DNA of 63,987 nt, the filler included, from Dirinaria sp. TL-2023a (taxonomy: Eukaryota), in NCBI GenBank assembly GCA_051941275.1. It is 9 parts of 9 records of this genome, joined end to end, with 100 filler letters (N's around TTAATTAATTAA, not from the genome) between each part and the next. Parts side by side here need not be neighbours in the genome. Positions count along the whole stretch, not along the records: positions 43,263 to 50,348 come from JAVEBF010001369.1; positions 50,449 to 57,531 come from JAVEBF010001370.1; positions 57,632 to 63,987 come from JAVEBF010001492.1; 6 more parts are not named here. The stretch is one strand, 5' to 3'. The notes under the pieces are model-generated. The model made no database searches. It worked only from the letters and a program-made list of their open reading frames with translations, and was not told the DNA's origin. Both the position numbers and the translations under genes were made by a program. This document shows, one piece after another, positions 49,683 to 63,597 of the stretch (the first letter of the stretch is position 1; every line of letters starts with the position of its first letter).

Positions 49683-50348
49683 ATGTCTGGGAAATCAGGC
49701 TCTGACGTAGGTCATCCACAAACCTTCAACAGATACCTAATCATGACTTAACGAAAGCGCCCTCAGGATTCGAAAACGCCGCCTCCCATCGTCTCTCTTC
49801 TCGCAGGCGGCATCGCCGGCGGCGTGGAAGCGGCAGCCACTGTACGTATAGATCTCCTCTCTCTGTTGAGACTACTGAGTGACCGACCACGCATCATTGA
49901 TTGCTGAAAAACAGTACCCGTTCGAGTTCGCAAAGACCCGGGTCCAGCTTCGGAATGAAAGCGGGCAACCGACGCCCCGCAACCCTTTCCTCGTGGTGAG
50001 GGATGTGGTCCGGCGTGAGGGCGCGAGAGCGCTGTATAAAGGATGTTCTAGTCTGATTGTTGTAGGTTTAGCAGCATCTATCTTGCGTTTTCTCTCTTTT
50101 TTGTTTACGTGCAGGATTCAATAACGTATCGCTTTTGTTTGGCTCTTTTCCATGTATATCAGTCAAATCTCTATATGTGAATCAAACATTATCACTTTTT
50201 AAACTTTCAATTAGGGATCCATCGCCAAAGACGGCGTCCGATTCCTCTCCTTCGACAGCATCAAAACCGCCTTCGCCGACCCTACCACAGGCACTCTGAC
50301 TCCCACCCGCAACCTCCTCGCGGGCATGGCATCGGGCGTAGTCGCCTC
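49683..50348 (+). CDS. Mitochondrial carrier, tricarboxylate (citrate) transporter-like, 3' truncated
   Basis: Spliced reading gives LLAGGIAGGVEAAATYPFEFAKTRVQL, LYKGCSSLIVGSIAKDGVRFLSFDSIK and NLLAGMASGVVA. Confidence 0.85.
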
Positions 50349-50448
50349 NNNNNNNNNNNNNNNNNNNNNNNNNNNNNNNNNNNNNNNNNNNNTTAATTAA
50401 TTAANNNNNNNNNNNNNNNNNNNNNNNNNNNNNNNNNNNNNNNNNNNN

Positions 50449-51012
50449 CCGACGCCCCAGTCAGCAAAAGTCTGCGCATCTTGCTTTTCATGCCCCAAGC
50501 TCGCGTCTACTCAATGTCAGTCTCACGTGGTACCACCAATTTCAGTTTGCCGCGAAATCTACGCACCATACTGTGCACAAGTGTACAACCCTGCGCTCGA
50601 ATACATGCCAAACCCCAACCCCATACCGTGAAGCTGATCGGCCACGTGGCGCATGCCATTTGGGAACTTGGTGCTATTGGGCTGCAGAGTGCCATTCGAG
50701 CTTCGACCGGCGGACCAGCAGTCGTCGAGGATAACGTAGTAGTAGCCTAGATCTCTGAGTCCGTAGTCGACGATCTTCTCAGCCGTGCTCAGGAGGAGAT
50801 CTTCATTGACATCGCAACCGAATGCATTCCAATTATCCTGCGACAGAGGTCAATTGAATCTGGGCGCGGGATGTTAGAGGCAAGTAGGTAGATACCCAGC
50901 CCATTTGTGGAGTAAGAGCGAGGCCATTGTAGCTTTTGGAGCCGGCGCCGAAAGCTCGAGACGAAAGGAGCACTGCGCTAGCAGCGAGCAGCCACAAAGA
51001 AAAATGCGCCAT
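50449..51012 (-). CDS. Secreted alpha-galactosidase (GH27), 3' truncated
   Basis: Signal peptide, then NGLALTPQMGW|DNWNAFGC, YVILDDCW, KFPNGM and GMYSSAG. Confidence 0.92.
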
Positions 51013-51853
51013 GATTGGGAGCTGCCATCTTGGTAGGATGGAGATGGAAACGAATATATAGCATCTCCAAGGCAGATGACGAGCCTCGGCAGGTCTGCAA
51101 AACAATCCTTCCGGAGGGGTCAATAGGCCAAACCAGGGGCTCCCGAGGGGCACCCTTGCCCGCAGTACTTCAGAGCTGTATCAATTTTCAATCGAGGAGA
51201 GTACCTAAGGTAAGGTCGGAAGCATTGGTGGGGAATGACGTTGGAATGCAGCATCGTAAGGCTTAGTAGAGAGGGGAAGGTGGGAGGAAGATTCGACTGG
51301 CCAGAGGCCCAGCGACGATCACGGCTGCATTGTCGAAACGGTCTAGAAGACTAGACTTGGGCTTGGCAATGCTAAAACGGAGATTATCGCGAAGGAGAAG
51401 AGACGAGAATCCAAGAACTTGACAACATATAAGAACTATCTCACCTACCGCCCAGCGTCAAGTACCATTCTCGAGGCGCAGCGAAGACTCATATTTTGCA
51501 TCCACCAATCGAGATGTGCTGTTGTTGATTGCGTCCTCTGCTGTCCGTTCGACTTGATGCTCTACTGATAGATCAACCAGCCGTCTGTCGTCTGCCAGAA
51601 TAGGATGATCGACCCAATCAAATTATTTTATCGCTAACCATAAGCTTGTTGGTAGGGTTCTTTTCTTCTTTTTTATATATAGTGGAAAGGGCCGCTCATT
51701 GCATGAAATGGACATTCCTTAGTGCCGGCTCACCTTTTAATATAATAGCTTGATGAGAATTGCAAGAACGTACACGGGGTCATCCGCGCACGGAAAGCTT
51801 TGAAGAGGGTCTGAAATGCAAGCAAAGGGTGCACTTAACCCCATGTTGCTCGC

Positions 51854-53569
51854 TTAGTAGCCTAATTAGCAGTCAGCATATACTTTACTAGAAGACCGGG
51901 GGCGGTTTCATGAGTGTTGTGTTTTAGATAGAATGTGACTGACCACTCTGCTCTCTCCTGTTATCGCCGTCCCCAGTCCCATCTCCACCACCAGCCGCTG
52001 CCTGGGCGCTTCTCATGCCCTGTTCATCTCCCCTCAACTTTTCAAAGTAGGCCTTGATATCTTCCGCCCCCACAGCCTGTCCGCTTTCCGCAAACGGCTG
52101 CAGGAAACTTTTCACTTTATCTTTCAGATGGTTGTAGACCATCACGCCTTCAATGGCCCTCACACGGTCAACATTGCTCAGCGCCGCCTCACCTCGGTCC
52201 AGTAGTGATCCCGTGCCCACACTATGGTTTCCATCGCCCCCGTCTTCGGACATGGGCGGCTCGTAGGATTCCTCTTCCTCAAGGAGTTGAGGATGTTTGC
52301 TCACGTTTGGATAGCACTTTGCACAACGACAGATATGGTCTCGGAAATCTTCGCGGGCGAAGAGCGAGAACTGGCCCTGAGGTGGCGGCGGAAGAGCATC
52401 GTAGCTGCACGTGCCTGATGGTTCCGCTACTTCTACTCTAGACTTCTTTATGTTTGAAGAATGTTCCGACGGGTCTTCAAGGGTATCATCGTCCGCTTTG
52501 CGTTTCTTGTGCGTGAGTGGCTCCTTTCCGGCGTCATTTGCCCCGGCAGCGTCTTCGTTCTTATCGTGTTTGAGAGGATCAATCAACCCCTGCACGTTGG
52601 ATTTGTCACCGCTCTTTGGTGTGGTTTTCCTGTAGACTGGCGGCAGAAAGCCTGAAGTTCCAGCGTATCGCCGAATCCACGGATTAGCATCCACGCACTT
52701 GTAGCAGATGAATGTCTCGAAAGCATCCTCGTCCGGAAACCCTGGTGGCAGCGGTCTGTCATCAGCTTCTTCCTCCTCGGCATGACTCTCGTTGGTCTCT
52801 GATGTCGGCTGTGATGTGGCATCTTTTGTCCCGCCTCTGCCCAGCCCCATGACGCACTCCGGATGCCACCAGTCTTCCCCACACCCTCCATCAGCCTCCG
52901 TTGCCAGTCCCAGACATTGAAACATAGTTCCCTTTTCCTCTTGCGCGTTATAAATCTCACCACATCCACAGAACCGGTTTCGGAAATTTTGATTGTACGT
53001 GTTACCCTCCGCCGCCGGTTGTGAGTGCACGGGTCCTTTCAAACCTGTTGCCGGATCTATGCGCAACGTGCATGGTGAGTCTGGCGGCAATCGCGTGGTC
53101 CCACAATCACATGTGAAGTTGCGTCTGTTGAATAGCTCGACTAAGGTATGTTCGCCATGGCAGGCTATAGAGCAAGAGTAGCATACTGCAGCTGGGGTGT
53201 ATGGGTCCAAAGGGCTTCCTGGGGGTGGTTGACAAGTGAGACAGGCGTAGAGGTTTTGTCGAAGTGGGCCGAGAGGCTGTGTACAATGATCGAAGGTCTA
53301 CATATTGTTAGCTATAGGATGCGCCGATGTCGTGTAGGACTAACGTAGGGAAGGGCTTCACGCGCGTCGGCTTCGAGCTGAAGTTGGGTGTCGATGAATC
53401 TGTTAAAATTGATCAATTACTTTTTGATCTCGGTATGATTGGAGAAAAGCAAGTCTCGGATCGCATACTCAGAAGCGGTTTGCGAGTCAGCATGAGAACT
53501 ACGCTCTTCTTGACTCTGGCGGCTTAGACTGTTGTTCAGCTCTATAGCAGATGCTGTGGTTTGGTCCAT
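51854..53569 (-). CDS. UBR-box/PHD-like protein, UBR7/Mlo2 family
   Basis: Contains CYSCSIACHGEHTLVELFNRRNFTCDCG, NTYNQNFRNRFCGCG, MFQC...CGEDWWHPEC and VDRVRAIEG. Several introns. Confidence 0.88.
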
Positions 53570-53711
53570 GTCGATCTATACAGTAGTGTTAACTGAGAGC
53601 AGTTTGAGGATATGGATGAGGAAACGAAGTACTTGAGTTTGACTCGACCTTGTCTTTGCGACTTGGGGGTCCCATTCGTCGGCTACAGTTGCCGAAGTTG
53701 GGTAAAGTGGC

Positions 53712-53748
53712 ACGCGTGGCACGCGTAGAAAGGCGCGTCCTGACGCGT
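53712..53748. promoter_or_regulatory. Cluster of MCB (MluI cell-cycle box) elements in the UBR7-MCM2 divergent promoter
   Basis: ACGCGT at 53712, 53721 and 53743, plus GCGCGT at 53733, upstream of a replication licensing gene. Confidence 0.75.
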
Positions 53749-53885
53749 AGCTGTGACTTCCACTTGCCGCTTACCTTAGGAGACTTGCGTCCTTCTACTG
53801 AGTGCAGTACGTCTCGTCTTTCTCCAAAAGGATTCTCTTGCAAGAACACTCCAAGTGTCAAATCCCAACCTCATAATTATTTCCC

Positions 53886-56800
53886 ATGAGGTACGATATA
53901 TTGTTGCCTCCTCATAGCAAGTCTTCGAATTCCACTGACATGGCATAGTTCTCCACTTCGCCCAAATATGTCAGCGGCGAACCGCGGCGCAACTGCGCGC
54001 GCTGGGCGCAAGCGGTCTAGAGAGCCCGACGATGACATGGCATCTTCTTCCGCTGCTCCTCCATCAAGCCGTAGGTCTTCCATTGTGTTGGGAAATGGAT
54101 CCAATTAAAGAAAGCTTTAGCCCCGCCATCCTCCCCTCCTGTACTGCCAATGGACGATGACGATGATGCCGACGAGCTAGGCTTAGATAGAGAGCTGATT
54201 GGCGACATTGATGATGCGGACGAAATGGCCGAGGATGAAGATGGAATTGACTTGTTTGCCGACAATTTCGAGCGTGACTACAAACGCCGCGAGGACGACG
54301 CGTATGAGGGTCAAGACATCGATGACGAAGGCGAATACGAGGACATAGACATGGCCACACGGCGGCAACTCGAAGCTCGTTTGAACAAGCGAGATCGAGA
54401 GCTTGCTCGGCGGCGACGTATGCCGGCTGCGTTCCTTGACGACCAGGATGAAGATGCAGAACTGGACTTAACTCGGCAGCCTCGACGAAGAAGGCATCAT
54501 TACGATGAAGATCAGGAAGATGAGGATATGGCTGACGACATCATGGAAGAGGAGCTTTCCCTGGAAGCGCTCCAGGATGTGAAAGCCTCGAGTCTCACGG
54601 ATTGGGTATCACTCCCCGCTGTGCACCGCACCATTTTTCGTGAATTCAAGTCGTTTCTCACAGAGTATACTGATGCAAATGGCGTCTCCGTATACGGCAC
54701 CCGCGTACGGACGTTGGGCGAGGTCAATGCCGAGTCGCTAGAAGTCTCCTGGGAACATCTTACCTTATCCAAGGCCATCCTGGCCTACTTCTTGGCCAAC
54801 GCCCCAACAGAGGTCCTTGCTATATTTGACCAGGTTGCCATGGACGTCACTCTCCTGCATTATCCTGCCTATGAAACGATCCACTCCGAGATACACGTCC
54901 GCATCTCTGACCTTCCTATACACTACACCCTGCGCCAACTGCGTCAGACGCATCTCAATTGCCTTGTTCGTGTAACAGGCGTTGTCACCCGCCGGACGGG
55001 CGTTTTCCCTCAACTGAAGTATGTTCGCTTCGACTGCACCAAGTGCGGTGTCACACTTGGACCCTTTCAACAGGAATCGAATGCAGAGGTGAAGATATCC
55101 TACTGCCAGAATTGCCAGTCGCGCGGTCCATTCACCCTGAACTCCTCCCAAACCATTTATCGCAACTACCAAAAGCTTACGCTCCAAGAATCTCCAGGCA
55201 CCGTGCCTGCTGGACGCTTGCCACGCCATCGAGAAGTTATCCTCTTGTGGGATCTCATCGACAGCGCGAAACCTGGAGAAGAAATCGAGGTCACGGGTAT
55301 CTATCGTAACTCATATTCCGCGCAACTCAATAACAAGAACGGCTTCCCAGTGTTTGCAACCATTCTCGAAGCAAACCACGTCATCAAATCGCACGACCAA
55401 CTTGCCGGTTTCCGTCTCACTGAAGCGGATGAACGACAAATACGTCAACTGTCTCGAGATCCGCAAATAGTAGATAAAATTGTCGCATCGATCGCGCCAT
55501 CTATTTACGGGCACACAGATATCAAAACCGCGGTCGCCCTATCTCTGTTTGGTGGTGTCAGCAAAGAAGCCCAGGGCAAACTAAACATCAGAGGTGACAT
55601 TAATGTCCTCCTTCTCGGTGACCCCGGAACAGCGAAGTCCCAAGTTCTGAAGTACATCGAGAAGACCGCTCACCGGGCAGTCTTCGCCACAGGCCAAGGA
55701 GCCAGCGCAGTAGGTCTCACAGCTTCCGTACGCAAAGACCCCTTGACCGCCGAATGGACACTCGAAGGCGGCGCCCTGGTCCTCGCCGATCGCGGGACCT
55801 GCCTCATCGACGAGTTCGACAAGATGAACGACCAGGACCGGACCAGTATCCACGAAGCAATGGAGCAGCAAACGATCTCCATCAGCAAAGCCGGTATCGT
55901 GACGACGCTGCAGGCTCGATGCGCCATCGTCGCCGCCGCGAATCCCATCGGCGGCCGCTACAATTCGACCATCCCGCTCGCCCAAAACGTCGAGCTCACA
56001 GAACCCATCCTCTCCCGTTTCGATATCATGTGCGTTGTCCGCGACACGGTTGATCCGGCGGAAGACGAGCGTCTGGCGAGCTTCGTGGTCGAGTCCCACG
56101 GACGTGCGCATCCGGCCTCGAATCCGATCGAGGTCAACGAAGACAGAATGGAAACGGAGCATGGGGAGCAAATGCGGAAGGAAGAGAGGAATGGCGGCGA
56201 ACCGAAGCAGGAAGGGGAGATTGATCAGGAGCTGTTGAGGAAATACATACTCTATGCACGCGAGCGGGTGAGGCCTAAATTATACCAGATCGATCAGGAT
56301 AAGGTCGCGAGACTGTTTGCCGATATGAGGCGGGAGAGTCTGGCCACGGGGGCTTACCCGATCACCGTGAGTCGCCGTCCTTCTCTTTCACACTCTTTTT
56401 GTTCGGGGTTTCTGCCCTGCTCTACTCTCTCCCATTCAACCATCTAGCCTACGAAAAAGAAAAAAGAAAGAAAGAAAGAAAGAAAGAAAAAGGAGGGTTG
56501 GGGAAAGAAACTTCAAAGTACGCGCTAACAATCACACCAGGTCCGCCACCTCGAAGCCATCATCCGCATCAGCGAGGCCTTTTGCAAGATGCGCCTCTCC
56601 GAGTACTGCACCTCCCAGGACGTCGACCGCGCCATCGCTGTGACGGTCGACTCCTTCGTCGGCGCCCAGAAAGTCAGCTGCAAGAAAGCCCTCAGTCGGG
56701 CTTTTGCGAAGTATGTCTCTGGATTTTCTTTTTTCCCTTTCTTTTTTTTTCTTTGTTTAGCGCCTTCTTTCCCCCCCTTTCTCCCCCTGTTTAGGGCGCA

Positions 56801-56933
56801 CAATGCTTATTTGTTCTCCAGGTATACACTGCACCGGTCTGGGAAATCCCAGAGCCAGAGCCAGAGCCAGATTCAGAGTCAGAGGAGGAATGGGGTTCGG
56901 GCTGGCATGAGGCCTACGGCTGTTATGGCGTAG
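53886..56933 (+). CDS. MCM2: DNA replication licensing factor Mcm2
   Basis: Contains the zinc finger CTKC..CQNC, GDPGTAKSQ, IDEFDKM, SRFD and PITVRHLEAIIR. The first coding exon is 5 nt (ATGAG). Four introns. Confidence 0.96.
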
Positions 56934-57261
56934 AATTGGTGTGGGAAATGGGGCTTCTTCTAGAAAGGAGGAAAAGAGAGATTCTCTGTGTGAGATGAGT
57001 GTGTGGTGAACTGTACTGTATGCACATGAATCGGGTGGGGCGCGCGCGATGGAACAGAGTTCGGGGCTTTGGCGGAATTGCTATTACCTTTGTTTCTGCT
57101 GCACCCGTTGTATATGTACTCTACTTTGATAGATCCATTATTGTCGCTTCTTTCGCTTGCTTACCTAAAACGACATTCTATGTATGTATGCTTGTGCTGC
57201 TCTCTTCTTCGGATCTCTAGGACTTGTGTGTACGATGTCTCTCTCTGTGAGTTTGTTACTA

Positions 57262-57531
57262 CTACAGCCTTGAAGTGACCCATTCCCTGATGCCGTCCGC
57301 TTGCTGGCCTTCTGCGGGACCCATGATTGACTGGATTGGTTGGCAGTGGAACTCGCGCGTGGCTATCAGGGTTGTCGTTCGTGGGTGAGCGGCCTGGGAA
57401 GAAAATCAGACTTGTCAGTTTCAAAATTCTGTTATACACCAGGGAGTAGCGACGGTGGCTTCGGCAAGAATCGCGGATAAAGGTAATCATAATGTGAGGT
57501 GAGGTGTGCTGGCACTCACCTCGAGTTTTCG
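57262..57531 (-). CDS. 3' end of an unidentified gene ending in PTS1-like SRL
   Basis: RKLE, a GTGAGT..CTGAC..CAG intron, then AAHPRTTTLIATREFHCQPIQSIMGPAEGQQADGIREWVTSRL*. Confidence 0.55.
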
Positions 57532-57631
57532 NNNNNNNNNNNNNNNNNNNNNNNNNNNNNNNNNNNNNNNNNNNNTTAATTAATTAANNNNNNNNNNNNN
57601 NNNNNNNNNNNNNNNNNNNNNNNNNNNNNNN

Positions 57632-58015
57632 GTCTCCGCGTGTGTCGCCGCGGCGGCGGCGCTGATGTTGCCTGCTCCGCCGCGCTGGATGGGGTTTTAT
57701 AATTGTCAACTTCTTTTTTCTTCTTCTTTTTTTGTTTGTAATGAAAGAGGGAAGAGGGGGCCTTACACCGGCGGAATAAGCCCCGTCGCCTTGATCGCCC
57801 ACGGGACCTTCGCGCACGATTTCCCCGTCGGCGTAGCTGTTTGTTGTGGCAGGCGTTAGTTTCTCTTTTTTTTTTTTGTTTTTTTTTGTTTTTTGGTTTT
57901 TTGGGGGGGTTTTTGGGAGGAAAGGGGGCGGAAAGAGAGGGATTTACGGGGTGTCGTCCGGGACAATGTTCCCTGCGCCTCCACGGCCGTGCGAGACGAC
58001 TTCTTCGGATGACAT
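57632..58015 (-). CDS. Par32-like (DUF3602) protein with GRGGAGNI repeats, 3' truncated
   Basis: Spliced reading gives MSSEEVVSHGRGGAGNIVPDDTP|YADGEIVREG...YSAG|RGGAGNI. Confidence 0.75.
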
Positions 58016-58908
58016 TCTCGTTTGAGGCGGGATGGTGTATTGATTGTGGTGTTGGTGGCGGTTGTTGCTATGGTTTGATGGCTAGAAGGGGTGGTGATCT
58101 AGAAGAATAGGTCTTTGTCAGACAGGAGTAATTTTTGAATAAGAGCGGAGTGTTGATCTAGGTGCAAATAAAGGTTGAGATGTTGCGAGTAGGATGCTTG
58201 GCAGGGTGGTGGGGGGGGGGAAGGGGGAATACCTGAAGCAAGTAGGTGTGGAGTCCTTGTCTGGCTTCCTAGAGAGTCCTTGGATGTTGAAGAGAAAACG
58301 TTTCAAGATGTGAGGGTAGTCGCTGAATATTTTACTTCTCCACGAAAGTTACCGCATCATCAGTGTTGAAATGCAGGGGAGGGAATTTATTTATGACGTT
58401 TTGGAGGGGCATATTATTATTATTGAATGCATAAGTCACCGCCACCATTCGGCTCCCCCTCCCCCACCAATCTCTCCTCCTGCAACCGGAGAAAGCAAGC
58501 GAATACCGGTGCAAATGGCACGATCGAAGCAGATGCTAGAGGAGAGCCAAGAGTCTTGTCGACGATGCCATCGCTCGCCATTTGCTGAAGGATCGGCATA
58601 TCGCACTGTGCCGCGGTTTGATGGCGTGCGATAAGCATCTTCCTCTGCCCGGCCAAACTTTGCTCAGCCCGTTCTGGCGAATGGCGGCTTCGGTCTCACA
58701 TTACATAATGCCGGTACAAACCCTTAACCTTAGGTAAGGTACCTACAGTATTCTTAACACTCAGGGGCTACCAGAAACAATAATCAAATGCTGAAGAGTC
58801 CTGGATTCGAGGGGAGTGGAAAGCAACACAAACCTCCGAGCATAACTACATTGTACATGTATAACCTCATCCATCAACCCAGCCACTTTCGCCTTACCGT
58901 TACTCACT

Positions 58909-60338
58909 TCACACATGCGCTTCCTGCTTCGGCGGAGGCGCTGCACCTCCCGTCGTCGGGAGGCCCATACTGCAAAGACATTAGTCAGATGCTCGGAGCT
59001 TGGTGCACGGAGTGAAGAGACTTACAAGACCTTGAAGCTGTCGTAGATACCCCATTCTAATACCGTGTCAGCGAAGTAGATCAGCTGTAGGAATACCGTA
59101 GACTTACGCAAAGACGTCAATGTGCCGATCATGAAGATTCGGATGATCAATCCATTCCATAGACCGCCAAACCCAATGTCTTTATATATCCGGCCCATGG
59201 CAGCTCCGAAGGCTTCTCCAGGCTGTCGTTGAGCATTGAGCTTGCTGACCATGACGTCGGCTGGGTGGGAGACAATGGCACACAAAATACCAGCGAGGTA
59301 GCCCCCGGCAAAGGACACCCCAGTCTGAGCCCCCCGGCCATAATCCTGTTTCTTCCCCGGAAGGTATCCGTAGATCTCTTCAACAATGGTCTCGAAAGAT
59401 GCAAACTTCATCATCGTATATGGGATCTGTCGGCCCCACAAGGGGTACAGACCTTTGTAGAGGCTGTGTGGATTGTTAAAGAAGTAGTCCCCAAGGAACA
59501 TCGAAGAATTTTGCTTACCCAGCTGTGCCTTCTTTACCGGTGATCGTTGAAACACCTGTAAACGTTGATCGTGCAAAGGGCGGGATAGTGGTTTGCATCC
59601 GAACTTTGACCGCTTCAAAGGGGCAAAGAGCGACATCAGCGATCAATTCCGCGGAGGCACTGGCGGTGAGGTAGAGCCAAGTCTTGTAGCGGTACGCATT
59701 CTCTTCGCCTGCAAGGTCGGAGTAGAATTTTTTGAAAAACTCGTATCCGCCATATTTGAAAGCTCCCTGAGCCTTCGTCGGGTCAGTCTCAGCTCTGCGT
59801 GCTGTGGCAGTCGAGACATACAGAGTATCCATAAGCGGTTGGACCCCAGCCAGTAAAAACACCACGTATGCCTTCTGCACGTCCAATCTTCCCCCAAGCC
59901 TCGAAATTGCCTTTGTATAACTTCGAATCGACCTGGCGACGGCACTTGACGAGGTCCAACGGCGTTACTGCTGTATGCGTGAGACCCTACCATGACAGTC
60001 AGCTACAGCCAATGCCAGCGAGGGTGCATTTCACTTACACAAGCGATGAGACCCCCGAAAGTACACGCAGCATAGAACTTGAGCGAGTAGAGTTCGATCT
60101 GGCCAGTCTTTGCCTGAGCTGCAGAGCTCGCTTTTGCTATTTCCTTCTGGGCCTCATTGCTAAGAGCGCTGGCTTTGCTCTTCACGTCGTCCGCCGCGCT
60201 CCAAGCTGTGAAGCGCCCTACGGGAGCTTCATTGAAAGTCGGCCTAGGTGACCGGGGTTCTTTTCTAGACTGAGTATGGGGAGTCTGAGCCGAGAATGCT
60301 TTGTGGAGAGTGGAATGAGTTGGATACAACAGAGCCAT
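58909..60338 (-). CDS. Mitochondrial phosphate carrier (Pic2/Mir1 family), multi-exon
   Basis: Contains [56 protein letters not shown] and [17 protein letters not shown]. Confidence 0.93.
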
Positions 60339-60762
60339 TGTATGTCGTTGCTGAACTGACTAGATAACTGAATTCGGGGCAATGGATAGCCTTACAAGTA
60401 ATCGTAGATATTGGGATATAAAAAAGAGGTCCTGATGGCAGCCACTGCCGGTGACATGTGCAGTAGGTAAAGGTGGAACTTCCGGTACCTTTCACCGCTG
60501 GTGCTACAGAGCCACAGTAAGGCAGACGGACTTTGGATTTTAAGTCCGCGTGCGGCATTAAATGGGCTGAGTGAGAACACCTACATTTAGGTACAGCCAA
60601 GAAAGGGTCCATACCTCACCTCAGGCTTTACCAAGTATAGCCAAGTTCTACCACGAAATCATCACTTTTGTAAAGCTTGTAACATTAGCACTTGCTAGAG
60701 CGTGATTCCTTGTTGAAGTACTCGAGGTTCTGATCTTGGGTTCCATTGCTTTATGGGCCAGC

Positions 60763-61319
60763 ATGGGTGATACAAGTCAAAGCAATCCCATTTTGCCCTC
60801 TTCATCGGCGAGCTCGTCATGGGCCCATAAATACAGGGGAGTAGGTTGGCATCTCAGCTCTGTGGATTTCCTATGCTTGTTTCTTATTGTTGTTAGGCTA
60901 CTGTGGAAGACCTTGACCCGCCTCCGGCCCTTTCTTCTAAGCCCACGGACTCCATATCGTACGCTTTGATGAATGCGTACGAGAGAGACTATACTCACCT
61001 GACTGTAATCTCCGAGGACACTAGAGCGCTACTAGGTTATTTGAGCATACCAAGACTAAAACAATCACTGAAAGAAGGGAAGGTTCGTGACTCGGATTAT
61101 GTGGAAAAGGCTATGCAGAGATTCCGGAGACGGGGCAATGTCTATAAAATCATCACAATGAATACTCCCTTGGAGGAACTAGAGGCTTTCTTTAATGGAG
61201 GCGTCAACGGGACAGAACCGCAAGATTTTGCCGTAGTCACTGATGGCAGCCGAAGGTTTGTCCTCGGGGTGGCCACAAGGACGGACTTGGAGGAATTCGT
61301 AAAGAGAAGACCTGGGTAG
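60763..61319 (+). CDS. Small CBS-domain protein
   Basis: KYRG|ATVEDLDPPPALS..., ERDYTHLTV, FAVVTD..RRFVLGVATRTDL. Intron at about 60841-60896. Confidence 0.8.
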
Positions 61320-61661
61320 AATATTGATATGGCCTGCGGCGGAACGGTGGGATGCCGCTGTTACTTCGATAGATCTATGGAATGATTTCAATCCCCAATC
61401 AAAACGGTAAGGAGTTCTCGTAAATCTTCGATATTTGGGGTGCAAGTAGGATAGCTTTGGACTGGATGACTGTTGTCTTGGCTCAGGCAAAGCATTGACA
61501 GTTTCCCCAAAGCCTTTCCTCAACCCTATGCCTCACTTGAGCAACTCTTTGCAGCATTTTCTGCTGCTGCCGCATCTTCTACGAACTCCATTGCCATAAG
61601 AAAACATAGTTCCTTTCCGTCGGCGTTCCAAAACCCCAAGGATATCAGAACGAAGGCCGAG

Positions 61662-63162
61662 ATGTTCGCCAGTTTTAAAGATGAGCGTGGTAATTGGGGT
61701 TTCGCCCGTTGCGGCTTCCCAGGGGCACTTCCTGCTAAAACCGATGCTCACATGACCAAAACCGGTCCAGCTAAGGAGGTTGACAGCCGTGCCACGCAGA
61801 ATGTCATGGGAAAGCATTTTGCTCAACCTGATGGTGCACGAATGCCAAATGTAGTTCCGGGGAGCAATGGGGCCGCAACACACGCTTTTCACTTGAATGG
61901 CGGGTACAACGTGACAGCAAATAGCGTGGCACAAAGCAATCAAGTCAACGACTACTTTCCTATGGTCAATGCTATGCAGACACCGAGCGCGGATGACTTG
62001 GTGCTGGATCAAGGAGCCAATTCCAGCAGCGGCACCATTAGGGCAAGATTCAATACCATGGCAGACAACACAGAGAATTATGCTCTTTCAACTAGAGGAG
62101 AGAGTAGCCTGAAGGAACAGCGTGTTTTACAGGATTCTGAAGGGGATAAGGCTGCTGGCACAATAGACGGGCCCGCTGCACAGGATACCGATGGCTTCAC
62201 CTCATACTTGCCGATGCTGGATTGCCCATTCACTTTGCAAGTATCACAAGATCTGAGTGCAGGCGGACATGCCCACCTTCCACGGCCTGTACTCGGTTAC
62301 GTTATAAGACCTCAGACTGTGTGGAATGCCATGAGTAGCTTTCGCAGCACCATCGGTACGCTGCTTTGTCCTCAACCCTCCTAATAAACCATGCACCGCC
62401 GCTGACCGTATTGCAGTGGATAACGTAGAATACATCATCCAGCAAAAAGCCTACTTCCGCATAACGCAAAACCACTTAGATTTCCTTCGCATTGGTCACA
62501 TCTTGGAGATCAAGAGCCTAGATCCTCGCCACGTTTACATTCGTGTGTACTGGATGTATAAGCCCCAAGATCCACCTCTTACGAAAGAGAAATATCATGG
62601 ACAGTCTGAGCTCATAGCGACAAACCACATGAGCGTGGTTGACGCCTCAAGGATCGTACAGCATGCCAACGTCGCGCATTGGGCCGAAGCCAGTGAACCC
62701 GTACCATCAGGAAGTCTGTTCTGGCGCCAGCAGTACAATTTCCTGACGAAAGAACTTTCCGTAAGTATCAAGTACACGCGCTACCTTATCTAATTGTATA
62801 CATAACTCATCGCGCTGCAGCAGCTCCAACCTACATGCGTGTGCATGACCCCTCTCAACCCGGACGAGCAGCCGTTAATCTGTCGGCGCTGCCAACTGCG
62901 CATGCACCCCGACTGTATCACCCGACTGGCAGCGGAAAGACTCACCGGAAACATGGACCGTTCGGATCAAGCAAGCGCAAGCCCAAACTACCCGAGCGGA
63001 GAGACGAATCTCAGTATCACAATCCTCCCACCGTTCACAAGCAGCTATGAAGCGGGCAGCACATATAAACTCGCCATCACCGACTTCTGGCCGCTCGTTC
63101 CTCGCAAATGGCTCGAAGACGCGTGTTGCTTGCGTTGTGGCGAGGTCATTTTCGCGCTCTAG
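61662..63162 (+). CDS. BAH + PHD-like (EBS-type) chromatin protein; start uncertain
   Basis: Contains IGHILEIKS..HVYIRVYWMY, ELIATNHMSVVD, FWRQQYN and CVCMTPLNPD..ICRRCQLRMHPDC. Two introns. Confidence 0.8.
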
Positions 63163-63597
63163 AGGTTTAATCCCAACAGCCATTCGATTACGTGCAGAGA
63201 AAGAGACACATGAATCTCCTCGCATCGACCTAAAAGAGTGATGATTTTCGATGTGCAGTACCAGATTCTCGTTCCCCCTCCAAATTTGCACGAGAAAAAA
63301 AACATGATTACCATTAGCATCTTGCTATGATCACGAGGTGAATCTAATCAGTAGGGCAAAGAATAATAAAGGAATGTGGCAGCGAGTGAGCTTAGCAATT
63401 CCAACCAAAAAAAACTGAGAAAAATGAGAGCTGCAAAGGCTTCACTGCTCTGGACGGAGACTGCTGATTAGTCCATGACGCGACATTATATTGCCATTGA
63501 TAGCATCGCATAGCATAGCACAGGTAGCTTTTCCTAGCAAACAAGCAAGCGCCCAAAAAAATTTTCAATTTCCAATACTTGAGCTATGTGCAACCGT

